A stretch of 59,160 nucleotides of DNA from Malacoraja senta (lineage: Eukaryota). The stretch's first letter is position 1, and every line of letters begins with the position of its first letter. The notes under the pieces are model-generated. The model did not search any database. It saw only the letters and a program-made list of their open reading frames with translations, and was not told the DNA's origin. The position numbers and the translations under genes are program-made. The stretch lies in contig JAXLNO010002217.1 in assembly GCA_038087875.1 (NCBI GenBank), forward strand, positions 248,001 to 307,160. Reading direction: 5' to 3'. Shown here piece after piece: positions 1 through 10,482 of the stretch.

Positions 1-825
1 GTACTGGGACTGACACACTGTAGGGTAGTGCTGATGGAGTGATAAACTGTGGGGAAGTGCTGATGGAGTGACACACTGCGGAGTATTACTGATGAAGTGA
101 TCAAATGCATGGCACCACTGATGGAGGGACACACTGTAGTGTACTCATGATGGAATGACAATCTTCGGTGTGGTACTGATGGAGTGACACACTGTAGGGT
201 AGCACTGATGGAGTGGTAACATGAGCTAGTTCTGATGGAGTGACACACTGAGGGTTAGTACTGATGAAGTCACAAAAACAGTGGGGTAGTGCTGATGGAG
301 TGACTTACTTTGGTGAAGTTCTGATGGAGAGACACCCTGAGGTAGTATTTTTGGAATGACACATGGGGTGGGGTAGAACTGATGGAGTAATACACTGTGG
401 GGTAGTACAGATGGAATGACACACTGTAGGGCAGTACTGGTGGAGTGACACACTGAGTGGGAGAATTTATGGAGGGACACACTGTAGGGTAGTACAGATT
501 GAGTGACACGCTATGGTGAATGTCTGATGGAGTGACACATTGTGGGGCGGTACTCATGTAGTATCACTAGTGTGCAGCAGTACTAATGAAGTGATCAAAT
601 GTATGGTAGCACTAGTGGAGTGACACACATTACGGTAGTCTTGATGGGGTGAGATACTTCGCCGTGGTACCTATGGAGAGATACACTGTGGGGCAGTACT
701 GGTGTAGTGATAACTTGTGAGGTAGTTCTGATACAGTGGCACACTGTGGGGCAGTACTCATGGAGAGACACTGTGGAGTAGTACTGATGAACTGATCAAA
801 TGCATGGCAGCACTGATGGAGTAAT

Positions 826-1045
826 ATTTATGGAATTCCCTGCCACAGAGGGCCGTGGTGGCCAAGTCACTGGATGGATTTAATAGAGAGTTAGATACAC
901 TAGGGGCTAGTGGAGTCAAGGGATACGGGGAAAAGGCAGGCATTGGTTATTGATAGGAGACGATCAGCCATGATCACAATGAATGGCGGTGCTGGCTTGA
1001 AGGGCCGAATGGCCTCCTCCTGCATTTATTTTCTATGTTTCTATG
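826..1045 (+). mobile_element. CR1-type LINE 3' end fragment
   Basis: tggaattccctgccacagaggg...agagttagat...gatcagccatgatc...ctcctcctgc with (TTCTATGT)n tail; same 3' module recurs many times in the window. Confidence 0.8.
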
Positions 1046-1101
1046 ATAGAGTGACACACTGTTGGGTAGTACTGGTGGAGTGACATAATCTGGGCTAGTA
1101 C

Positions 1102-1520
1102 TTATAATGACAGATTTTCATATCGTTTCAAGGATTCTTTCCTTTAGTCATTATGATTGAAGACAGGGGTTCAGGAGATAATCGAAAAGCATTCACGAGC
1201 TCTCCACGAGACATTCAATGCCGTCGAAATATAAATCTTCCAAACACAGTCTCTTGATTAATAGTTTCTTTATTGTAGTAGTAAAAACAGTAAGATATTC
1301 ATCCAAACTTCTTGTATAAATACATTTTGATCTTACTCGTAGTTAAACTCGGGGATGGTTGAAAGCTGTGACCTCCCCGCATGCTTCTTCAAACTAAACT
1401 GAAACTACTAGCAAGTCTGCGCGATAATCCCAGTCGCAAAAACGCCTCAGACTACGTATAAATCCCACCCTTATAATTACAGGCAGATACAATTTAAAGG
1501 TAACTGGTTAGAGTTATAAC
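1102..1520. mobile_element. 419-bp unclassified insertion (possible solo LTR) with 4-bp TSD GTAC
   Basis: Unique sequence inside the minisatellite. GTAC at 1098-1101 and 1521-1524 duplicates the single GTAC of the repeat consensus. TTATAA at or near both ends; AATAAA on the minus strand near 1270. Confidence 0.5.
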
Positions 1521-1676
1521 GTACTGAGTTAAGCTAAATGGCTGCTACAATACTGGTGTACTAATATATTGTGGGGTAGTACCGATGGAGTAACCCACTG
1601 GGGATGTACTGATGGATTGGCACAATGTGTGGTAGCACTGATGGAGTGACACAGTGTGGGGTAGTACTGATGGAGT

Positions 1677-1874
1677 TGTAATGTTCTCTGTAAGGCCCTG
1701 TTGTGACTAGCACAATGTAGACACGTCCGCCATCTTATAAGTGCGATTTAATCTGAACAACCAACGGAAAATTCTGGAAGGTCACCTGACTTCAGTCACG
1801 AGGCACAGGCGCATTTGCCAGCATCAGCTTTTGGCCTCAAGGGGCACTGGCATTTATATTACATATACATCACA
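1677..1874 (-). repeat. Gypsy A 3' LTR (198 bp)
   Basis: Preceded on the minus strand by PPT GAAGGGGGAGA; homologous to 6858-6997. Confidence 0.9.
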
Positions 1875-2856
1875 TCTCCCCCTTCACTTTAATTACATAA
1901 CATCTCCCCTTCCCTTTAATTACATCACATCTCCCCCTTTAACGTTGGGATCAAAACTCATAACTTGAACCTTTAATCAATTTAATGTGGATATAGTACC
2001 ACAAATAACACAGTGCTCTTCATACTTTAAAACTATAAAATCATTGCCCAACAATATTACATAACCAGTCGAGTTGGGGGTTTTGACAACCGCCCACTTC
2101 TCGTGCAAGTCATATTTCAAACTCGTTCTGTGTTGTATTTCTGTTGTGTGCGAATGTGGCTTGCCACACTTTGAGTCGATTCCCCCACCACAGAACCTTG
2201 TGATGCGGCCTGTGATTGTTATCTTGAGTATGGGAGACTTGCTCCATGTGGGAGAGGGGTTCCTGCTTGTGGGAGTGTTCGCGCTCGTCTGCTGCGTGTT
2301 GCCAGGGCATGGCTCAGCTGTTTCATGCTCAGATCGTATGTCCTTCCTTTTTCTCCAGAACTCAGTGCCAGTCAGTGTAGAGATGACGTAGCTCCGAGGG
2401 GACAGGATTTCTCTTGCAATCCGGCCACGTTGCCATTCGGTTGGTTTGGCATGAAACCACACCTGCTGTTGTTGTTCCAGGCGGGGCAGCGGCTCGGCGC
2501 TTGCCTTCTCATTGGAGTATACTGCCTGTTTTTCTTGCCGGACGGCCAGTTGTGGTCCCATGGGAGGGACATGACGAGGCAGTAAGAGCGATAGAGGCGA
2601 TGGCAATATGCTTCTTATCAGTCTACTGTTCAGTAACTGTAAGGGGGCATAGCCGCCTGTCCCGTCAAGCGGTTGTTGCGGTATTCGAGGATGGCGTATA
2701 TCGGGTCACGGCCTCTGCGTTTGCATTTCCTCATGATACCTTTTATAGTTTGCACACAGCGCTCTATCTGCCCATTGCTCTGTGGACATATGGGACTTGA
2801 GGTGACATGGGCAAATTCCCAGTCATCCTGGAACCTACGAAACTCTGCACAGTCAA

Positions 2857-2999
2857 GACAGTGGAGCACATAGTCACCAGTTGCCCCAAACACCGGCTAC
2901 CGAATGGTGAACGAGGTCTGATTGACCTGGACGATGACACGTTGGCCTGGCTCGCCTCAACGGAGCTGCAGGTCTAAAAGACATACGACAGAAGAAGAA
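2857..2999 (+). mobile_element. 5'-truncated LINE 3' end (clade uncertain) inserted antisense in the Gypsy A integrase
   Basis: Encodes TVEHIVTSCPKHRLPNGERGLIDLDDDTLAWLASTELQV* followed by a (GAA)n tail. 10-bp TSD GCACAGTCAA at 2847-2856 and 3000-3009. Confidence 0.75.
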
Positions 3000-3442
3000 G
3001 CACAGTCAAATTATCTCGCGTTGTCTGCCATCACCAAGTCAGGAATGCCATTCCGGGCAAACATGCCCGTCATCTCACGTATCACCGAATGTGACATCAT
3101 GTCTGTCAGTTGCACTATTTCTGGGTACTTGGAGTAATAGTCTACTACAAGCAAATGGTCAACTCCATCCAGATGGAAGATATCTGCTCCGACCTTAGAC
3201 CAAGGTCTGCTGGGGATGAAGTGTGGTTGGAGCGGCTCGCTTGCTTGTGCTTTCCTGGTCACCTTGCATATCGAGCAATTTCCCAATGTGTCCTCAATCT
3301 GTGCATTCATTCCAGGCCACATAAATAAATTGCGGGCTCGTTGTTTCAGTTTCACTACTCTCAGATGTGATTCATGTAGCGCGTTCAGCATCTGCCTTCG
3401 CATGCTTTGGGTGACTACAATTCGGTTTTCCCTCAAGACTAA

Positions 3443-3947
3443 AGGGTCTGTCCCACGAACATGCGACTGCATGTGGTCGCGGTAGCCGTGCGGCCTTGCG
3501 GGGCCGATCCCACTTCGATCGCGGGAGCCGAATGGAGTTGTGCGGAGTTGGTCCCGACATCGCACGGGGTTCCAAAAAATTGTCATTGTTCAATAATTCC
3601 GTGCGGCGAAGGGCTGCCGGCCCGCTGCCACATGGAGGCCGCACGCACCGCCTCGACGCCGCACGCACCGCCTCGATGCTGTATGCACCGTCCCGACGCC
3701 GCACGCAGCGTCTTTACGCCGTACGTCACGCGCGAACTTCCCGCGGACTTCGTCGAACTTCATGTCAATCACTCGACCTCCGCGCGCCCCCGCTTCCGGT
3801 TTGGTCGCGCTCACCGCATGCAGCCGCATGCTGGTCGAACCGGCCCTGTACGGGGATCACTCGACCTCCGCGCTGCCCCCGCGCAGCCCCCGCTTCCGGT
3901 TTGGTCGCGCTTGCCGCATGCAGTCGCATGCTGATGGGACAGGCCCT
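3443..3947. mobile_element. PIF/Harbinger-like MITE
   Basis: TIRs AGGGTCTGTCCCA...TGGGACAGGCCCT; TSD TAA (3440-3442, 3948-3950). Removal restores integrase LFKVDGL|VLRENRI. Confidence 0.85.
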
Positions 3948-6857
3948 TAATCCATCGACTTTAAACAGCTCATCATGATAGGTATGAAACGTAATCAGGT
4001 CTGAGGGCAGATCACGCCTGTTACTAGGCCAACCCTTTGTTATGCACTCGCACAACAGTGTTAGGGTTCGATCTTTTTCTGTTTCAGCTTTGAACTGCAC
4101 AAGGCGCTCGTCTGTTATGTGTAGGATGGCATCTACAGCATGTATCAAGTTCGGCAATGTGATGTGGTCTTCCGCAGGCATGTTTGCACTCGGCAGCCAG
4201 ATCAGGGCATCGGGGGCAAACATTTCATGTCCCGGGTTCCACCGTATCTCCAGGTCGTACTGTAGCAGGTGCATTCACATGCGCTGGAGTCTGGAGCTTA
4301 GTTTGTGTAGCGGCTTGGCGAGCAAGCCAACTAACGGTTTGTGGTCAGTAAAGATTACTGTGCGCTGACCGACAATGAAGTCATGAAACCTTCTGCATGC
4401 GTACAATATGGAGCACAACTCCTTCTCTATGGTCGCATAGTTGCGCTCGGCCGCGTTCACACGTCGTGATGCGTAGGCAACAGGTCTCTTGTCTTGCATT
4501 AGGACTGCTCCAAATCCGCTGTTGGAAGTGTCTGTGGCAATAGAAACGGGCGCGTTCACATCGTACAGTTTGAGTACGGGTGGCGATGTGAGTAGAGACT
4601 TCAGCTGGTCTACTGCCTGTCTGTGTTTCTGCACCAAATGCCGCGCTACTCCCTTCTCTGTTAGCTGTATAAGTGGGGCGGTGAACTCCGAATCTCCGAA
4701 AGGTTTTGAATAAACTTGGCCATGTATGTCACCATCCCCAAGAACGTTTGCACTTCAGCCTTGTTTGTTGGGTATGGCATTTGTAGCATGCCGCTGACAC
4801 GAGATGGGCTTGGTGACACGCCTGCTTGCGAGATGACGTGTCCCACATATTCAATCTCGTTTGAGCACATTACAGACTTTCTGGGATTGAGCTTTAGGCC
4901 TGATTCTTTCACCCGTTCGAGTAGGGCTTTCACCCTTGCGACATGTTGTGCTGCGTTGACACCCCAAACGAGAATGTCGTCAAGGACTATCTCCACCCAT
5001 TCTAAATCGCCAAACTCTTCCTGCATCGCCCGCTGCCAAATCTCACTTGCAGATGAGATTCCAAATGGAAGCACGAGGTATCGGTATCTCCCAAAGGGAG
5101 TATTAGATGTGGTCAGACGCGAGCTGTCATCGCTCAGTGGGAACTGCCAGTACGCACTTGTAGCGTCAAATTTCGAGAACCATTCTGCCTTCGGCATGCG
5201 GGCTGCAATGTTCTCGAACATCGGCATCGGGAAATGCTCGCTACAAATGGCCGCATTGAGGTCGCGTGGGTCAAGGCATATGCGGACTTCGCCACTTGGC
5301 GGAATTCACCCAATTTGTCGGTTGGCTCACCGGCTTTATGACTCCCACGCTTTCCATGCGCTCTAATTCGGCTTTGACCTTATCCCTGATCTTATAGGGG
5401 ATAGTGCGGGGTGGGTTTTGCTTAAGTTGCACGTTCCCTTGCAGCACTATGGTGTATTCATGTCTTTTTAGCCTTCCCAGCCCTTGGAAAATCTCGCGGT
5501 TTTCCTCAATAATCCTCGCAGTGTATGATGGGCTCGCACTCACGCCATCAACCGCCTCCTTTCGCACAAGAAGCCCTAACTTTTCACACGTTAGTTTCCC
5601 AAATATGGGTTTCACATTCCCTCCACTATTTGAAAGACAACCCTATGTTCTTTCTTACCTACTTTGACGTTCCCCTTTGCCTGCCCCATAGGCTTCATTG
5701 TATGTCCAGAGTATGACCTCAGTGTCACGTTCGTGTTCAGTAAGGCAAGGCCAGTCTTTCTGAACAAGTGCTCTGGCAGGATGTCCACTTGAGTTCCAGA
5801 GTCGAGTTTGAACTCAATGTTCACATTGTTGATGCTGCACACCTGTCCCCATTCACACGTTGACTCAATAACGGCGTCAATCAAGGCGTCAATGTAGAAT
5901 ACATCAACGTCGTCGTCCACTGGCTCAGGCAGCGGTGAAGCGTTCATCTGGAACTCGATGTCGTAGACGTCACGGCACCAGTCCCCGGCCTTTTGTCTGA
6001 TTAGCCGGTCATGTTTCGGGGACGTGGGCGGCTGTTGGGCGCTCTATTTACCGGGCAGTCGGGTGATCTGGAAAGATGTCCAATCTCTCCGCAGGTATAA
6101 CATCTCATGTACTGAGCGGGGCAGTAGTTACCTTTATGGCCGCGGTTGCATGACTGGCAGACGGTATCCTTACCCGAATCGCGGATTTCTGTCTGTGGCT
6201 GTCTGGGTCGCGAATCCCTGCCTCGGCCCCATGGCCGACTGGTGCTGTCCCGTTTCACTTAACCAACTGTCTCTTTGGTGACGATGGCGGTTGGGGCAAA
6301 CTGCTTCACATGCTCGGCTGATGCTTCGGCGATCATACACATCACTGCATTTTTCCAGTTAAATCATCGCATTGTAGTCGTTTTTCACTGAGCGGCTGGC
6401 TGGTGATGCCGCAGACAACTCTGTCTCGCAGCAATGAGTCATGGATAATGCCAAACTCACTATCATTAGCTAAAGACTTCAATGCAGACAGGTAGCTGGA
6501 GAAGGTCTCCTCTCGCCGCTGATTACGTGTGTTAAATAAGTATCTTGTGACAGTTAAGTTCTTTTTTGGTTCACAGTATGTCTGAAACTCCTCTTCAGCG
6601 GTCGTATTCTGTCACTTTCCTCAGGGGTGAACCGAAAGGTCTCATAAATCTGCTGAGCTGCTGGTCCAGCCATGTGGAGGAATGTTGCACATCAAATCTT
6701 TGCAGGCTTACCCGTCAGTTCTGTTGCCGTCTCGTACAGCTGGAATGCCCTTATCCAGCCCTTATAATTCTTGGCCAAGTTTCCTTGCATGGAGAGTGGC
6801 CCCTGAGGCTTGAGTCCTGCCATTCTTTTCTTTAGTTTTTTTTTAACTTTGACACCA

Positions 6858-6997
6858 TGTAATGTTCTCTGTAAGGCCCTGTTGTGACTAGTACAATGAA
6901 TACACGTCCACCATCGTGTAAGTAAAATTTAATCTGAACAACCAACGGAAACTTCTAGAAGGTCACGATGTACAGGCACATTTGCATATACATCACA
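6858..6997 (-). repeat. Gypsy A 5' LTR (140 bp)
   Basis: Followed on the minus strand by PBS TGGTGTCA; shares both termini with the 3' LTR but is 58 bp shorter with many substitutions. Confidence 0.9.
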
Positions 6998-7625
6998 TCT
7001 CTCCTCCCCTCTCCTCTCCTTTACCCGCCTTCCCCTTTCTTCCACCCTCTGCTCTTCTCTCCCCCCTCATCTAACATCTCAACCCTTCTCTCCCATACTC
7101 TGTTCTCCTCCTCGCCCATCTCCCCTCCTGATCTACTTATCTAATCCCCTCATCTACTCCCTCATCTCCTCTCCTACCCTCTCATCTCCTCCCCTCACCT
7201 CTCCTGTCATCTCACCTCTCCCCTCCACTCTGCTCCTCTCCTGCTATACTTACCTCAACTGTGCCCTCTACTGTCCTCTCTACTCTCCTCTCCTCCCTGT
7301 GCTCCACTCCTCCCCTTTCCTCCCCTCTCCCCTCCCCTCCTCTCCTCTGCCCTCTCCTCTCCTCTCCTCCTCTCTCCTTTCCTCTCCTCTCCTCTCCTCC
7401 CGTCTTCTCCTCCCGTCTTCTCCTCCCGTCTTCTCCCCTTTGCTCTCCTCTCCTTTACTCCACTTCCCCTTCATTTCTCCCTCCGCTCTTCTCTCCCCCA
7501 CATCTCTCCTCTCCACCCTTCTGTCCCCTCCTCTGCTCCCGTCCTCTCTCCTCTCCTCCCCCTCCCCTCCTCCCTCCCATCTTCCCTCCCCCCACTTCTC
7601 TCCTCTTCACTCCTCTTCCTCCAAC
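6998..7625. repeat. (TCTCC)n-type pyrimidine-rich low-complexity tract
   Basis: Almost pure C/T on the + strand. Confidence 0.95.
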
Positions 7626-7740
7626 CTGTTGTGTCTGTGTAAGACTGTCCTTACAGTCATCACAAGAGAGCTCCGCCCCTATTTGTTTATTTTCTGGGAA
7701 TCAGTCCGGTGAAATCTTGGGTGGAATAAAATCCAACTTA

Positions 7741-8236
7741 AGGGGCTGACCCAATGCGGCGACCGAATTGGCGAGTTTAGAAGAATTTGCCCTCAACTCA
7801 TACTCGCAGCATGGTCGACATGAGGTCCTAGGAGGTCTTTGTAACTCTCCTTCATGCTCGAGAGTAGTCCCCGCGTACTCGAGGCCTCAGCTAGGTCGCG
7901 GCGCATTTTTCAACTTGCTGAAAAATGCCCGCGAGTAAAAACAGGTCGCCATGGAAAAAAAAAAAAAGAAAAAAAAAAACAAACAAAAAAAACAAACAAT
8001 TTTTTTTACTCGTAGCTTTAGTCGAAGTAGGTCGTAGTAGGTCGGCATGTTATCCGTAGGTAATCGAGTGTAGTCGAAGGTAGTCGAAGGTAGTCGTAGA
8101 TAGTTTTCAACATAGTCAAAGAGGTCGAAGGAGGTCTTCTACATAGTTGAAGGAGGTCTGCAACATGACACTTTTTTCAAACTCTCCTAAACACTTCTAA
8201 ACTCGCCAATTAGGTCGCCGCAGTGGGACAGCCCCT
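7741..8236. mobile_element. PIF/Harbinger-like MITE
   Basis: 24-bp TIR (22/24 match) AGGGGCTGTCCCACTGCGGCGACC; TSD TTA (7738-7740, 8237-8239). Confidence 0.85.
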
Positions 8237-8296
8237 TTACTGACATGGGACAACATGAATCTGTATTGAGTTACTACCCATCAAACACTACAATAC

Positions 8297-8935
8297 CCTC
8301 TCCTCTCCTCCCCTCTCCTCTCCTCACCTCTCCTCTCCCCCCTTTCTCCTCCCATCCTCTGCCTCCCTCCCCTTCCATCTCTCCTCTCGCCCCCACCCCC
8401 CGCTTTTCTCACTCCTTTACATTCCTCTCCTCTTTCTCGTCCCCTCTCCCCTCCTCCCCTCCACTCTCCTCTCCAATCCCTCCTCTTATACTCCACTCTC
8501 CTCTTATCTCCTCTCCTCCCCTCCACTCCGCTCCTCTCCTCTCCCCTGCTCTCTCCTCTCCTCTCCTCTCCTGTACACTGCTCTCCTCTCCTCTCCTCCC
8601 CTCTCTAATCCCCTCCTCTCCCCCCTCCCACACCCTCTCTCTCCCCACCCCTCAAATCCAGCAGCAAAGATAACTGATATATTGTGTAGGAGAGAAATTG
8701 TCTCTTCTCCTCTCCAATCCTCCCCTCTTCTCCTCCCGTCCCTTCCCCTCTCCTCCCTTCCCCTCTCCTCTACCCCCACCTCTCTGCTCCCTCTCCCTCT
8801 CCTCTCCCCTCGCATCTCCCCCTCACCCCTCCCCTCCGCTCTTCTCACCCCTTCCCTCTTCTCTCCCCTCCTCTCGTCTCTCCCATCCACCCATCTCTTC
8901 CCTCTTCCTCTCTTCTCCACTCCCCTCAAATCCAG
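8297..8935. repeat. (TCTCC)n-type low-complexity tract
   Basis: C/T-rich simple repeat. Confidence 0.95.
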
Positions 8936-9267
8936 CACCAAAGACAATAGTGTATTATTATATTGGTATATTATTATTAGTTTGTCCTCCTCCCAATTAT
9001 TATATTAGTACATTATCATATTGGTATATTAGTATAAATCGATTAGTATAAGATAATTATTCATCGTGAATTTACTGGATAACTGCTCAGTGATATTGTA
9101 AAGGAATTAAGTCCATTGCAGAGAACATTGTGTAAGACGATGGAACGTTGTGTACCTGAGTAGCAACAGTGTAACCATGGCTAATAGTTGGGAATGTGCC
9201 CCAGTTAGAATCCGGGTATACGTTTGAGGAAAGGACCAAAGTCCTGGAGGCTTGGTTCGCTTTTTTT

Positions 9268-10080
9268 AATAGAATAGAATAGAATAGAATAGAATGCCTT
9301 TTATTGTCATTCAAACAGCTTGGTTTGAACGAAATTGCGTTTTCTACAGTCGTACATTACAAAAAACCCAAGACCCAAACTTAACACAGTTTACATAAAC
9401 ATCCATCACAGTGAATCTCCAAAACCTCCTCTGATGGAAGGCAAAGTCTTATCACTTCGCTTTGTTCTTCTCCTGTGGTCCAGCTGTCCAACTGCAGCGT
9501 CGAGGCAAACTGGGGCTCCCGATGTTAAAGCCCCCGGTGGGCGATGGTAAGTCCTATGGCCATTTAAGCCATGTGGGGCGATGTTAGGCCCGGCTCCATG
9601 TCCTTTAAATCCCGTGATTCCAGCGGGAGAAGTTGCCATTGCAGGAGCTCCGAAAAGCCGTCTCCCACCAGCGACCTGGAGCTCCCGATGTTCCTGTCAA
9701 CCGGGCCTGCGGCCGGAGCCTCCGTAACTCCGGAGTCGGGTTGCAGCCGCCAGCCATCACAGCTCTTCCCGTTCCGAAGCCGGCCAGCTCCGCGATGTCA
9801 GGTCCGCAGGCTCCGCGACTGGAGCCCCCAGGTTGGTCCCGGTTGGAGGCCGCCGCAGGCTCCACGATGTTAGGCCCAACGACATCGGAGACCCGACAGG
9901 GAAAAGGTCAGGTCCCCGAACGGGAAAGAGATTAACGTTTTTACCCACCCCCCACACCCCACATATACACAGCTAAAAAATAATAATAAAAACTAGACTC
10001 AAGACATACATTTAACAAGACAAAAATAAAAAAAAGACAGTCGGACTGTAGTCGAGCCGCTGCCGATAGGCGCCGCCCAC
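9268..10080 (-). mobile_element. GC-rich non-autonomous retroposon with (TTCTA)n tail
   Basis: Minus-strand 3' end ...aatgacaataaaggca(ttcta)n resembles the 3' end of the LINE at 19062-22213; no credible ORF. Confidence 0.6.
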
Positions 10081-10182
10081 ACCACACGACACTTCAAACC
10101 ATATCACTTCAGAAATGAAGAAAAGAGCATTGTTCCTTACAGGTTTAGGCTCCTGTCTTCTCCTCTCCTGTCCTCTCCTCTC

Positions 10183-10386
10183 TGTAGATGATATATGCAT
10201 GTGCCTTTAACATAGTGACCTCATACCTACTAACCACTCCCCATATCACAAGTATAACTACAACCTCCCCACCCGCAGATCGCTCTCTAGTTCCTGTGAC
10301 AGACCACGTACAGCTAGTGCAATATGTAATGCTCCAGTATGAATAAAGATAGTAAAGTAACGATGCCTCGTTAAAGATTCTTTACA
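10183..10386 (+). repeat. Gypsy B 5' LTR
   Basis: TGTAGATG...TCTTTACA, contains AATAAA. Confidence 0.95.
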
Positions 10387-10482
10387 TGGTGTCAAACCAC
10401 TTACCTTGCGCCTCCTGTCTATCGGTTTATCATTTAATTTTGTCCCAGTTTTTTGTTTCCCCCGCCCTCCCATTTATTTGAT

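Larger units (their letters stand above)
1..1676. repeat. Degenerate ~30-bp minisatellite (consensus about GTAGTACTGATGGAGTGACACACTGTGGGG), interrupted by two insertions
   Basis: Dozens of imperfect copies of ...tactgatggagtgacacactgt... from base 1 up to the Gypsy A LTR at 1677. Confidence 0.9.
2057..6823 (-). pseudogene. Gypsy A gag-pol, broken by stops, frameshifts and two insertions
   Basis: Gag starts MAGLKPQGPLSMQGNLAKNY at 6823. ORF-track fragments 5612-5947, 5271-5615, 4661-5227, 4275-4637, 3765-4274, 3011-3586, 2630-2893. C-terminal TRSGRLSKPPTRLVM* at 2057-2113. Confidence 0.9.
1677..6997 (-). mobile_element. Ty3/Gypsy LTR retrotransposon A (Mag-like), degraded, probably chimeric
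   Basis: LTRs 1677-1874 and 6858-6997 (TG...CA); PBS TGGTGTCA (6850-6857, minus); PPT 1875-1885. Domain order gag-protease (LDSGTQV)-RT (LDDILVWG)-RNase H (TDTSNSGFG, TDHKPL)-integrase. No TSD. Confidence 0.95.

Noticed and set aside
1-1676. Regularly spaced repeats as a CRISPR array
   Set aside because: Units are contiguous and degenerate with no unique spacers; eukaryotic minisatellite
1977-2060. Peptide GNDFIVLKYEEHCVICG resembling the C-terminus of bacterial AbrB-family proteins
   Set aside because: The true integrase end (TRSGRLSKPPTRL*) is in another frame, so this is an off-frame reading of the AT-rich 3' UTR; judged coincidental
7261-9051. Pro/Ser/Leu-rich and Gly/Glu/Arg-rich ORFs
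   Set aside because: Translations of (TCTCC)n simple repeats
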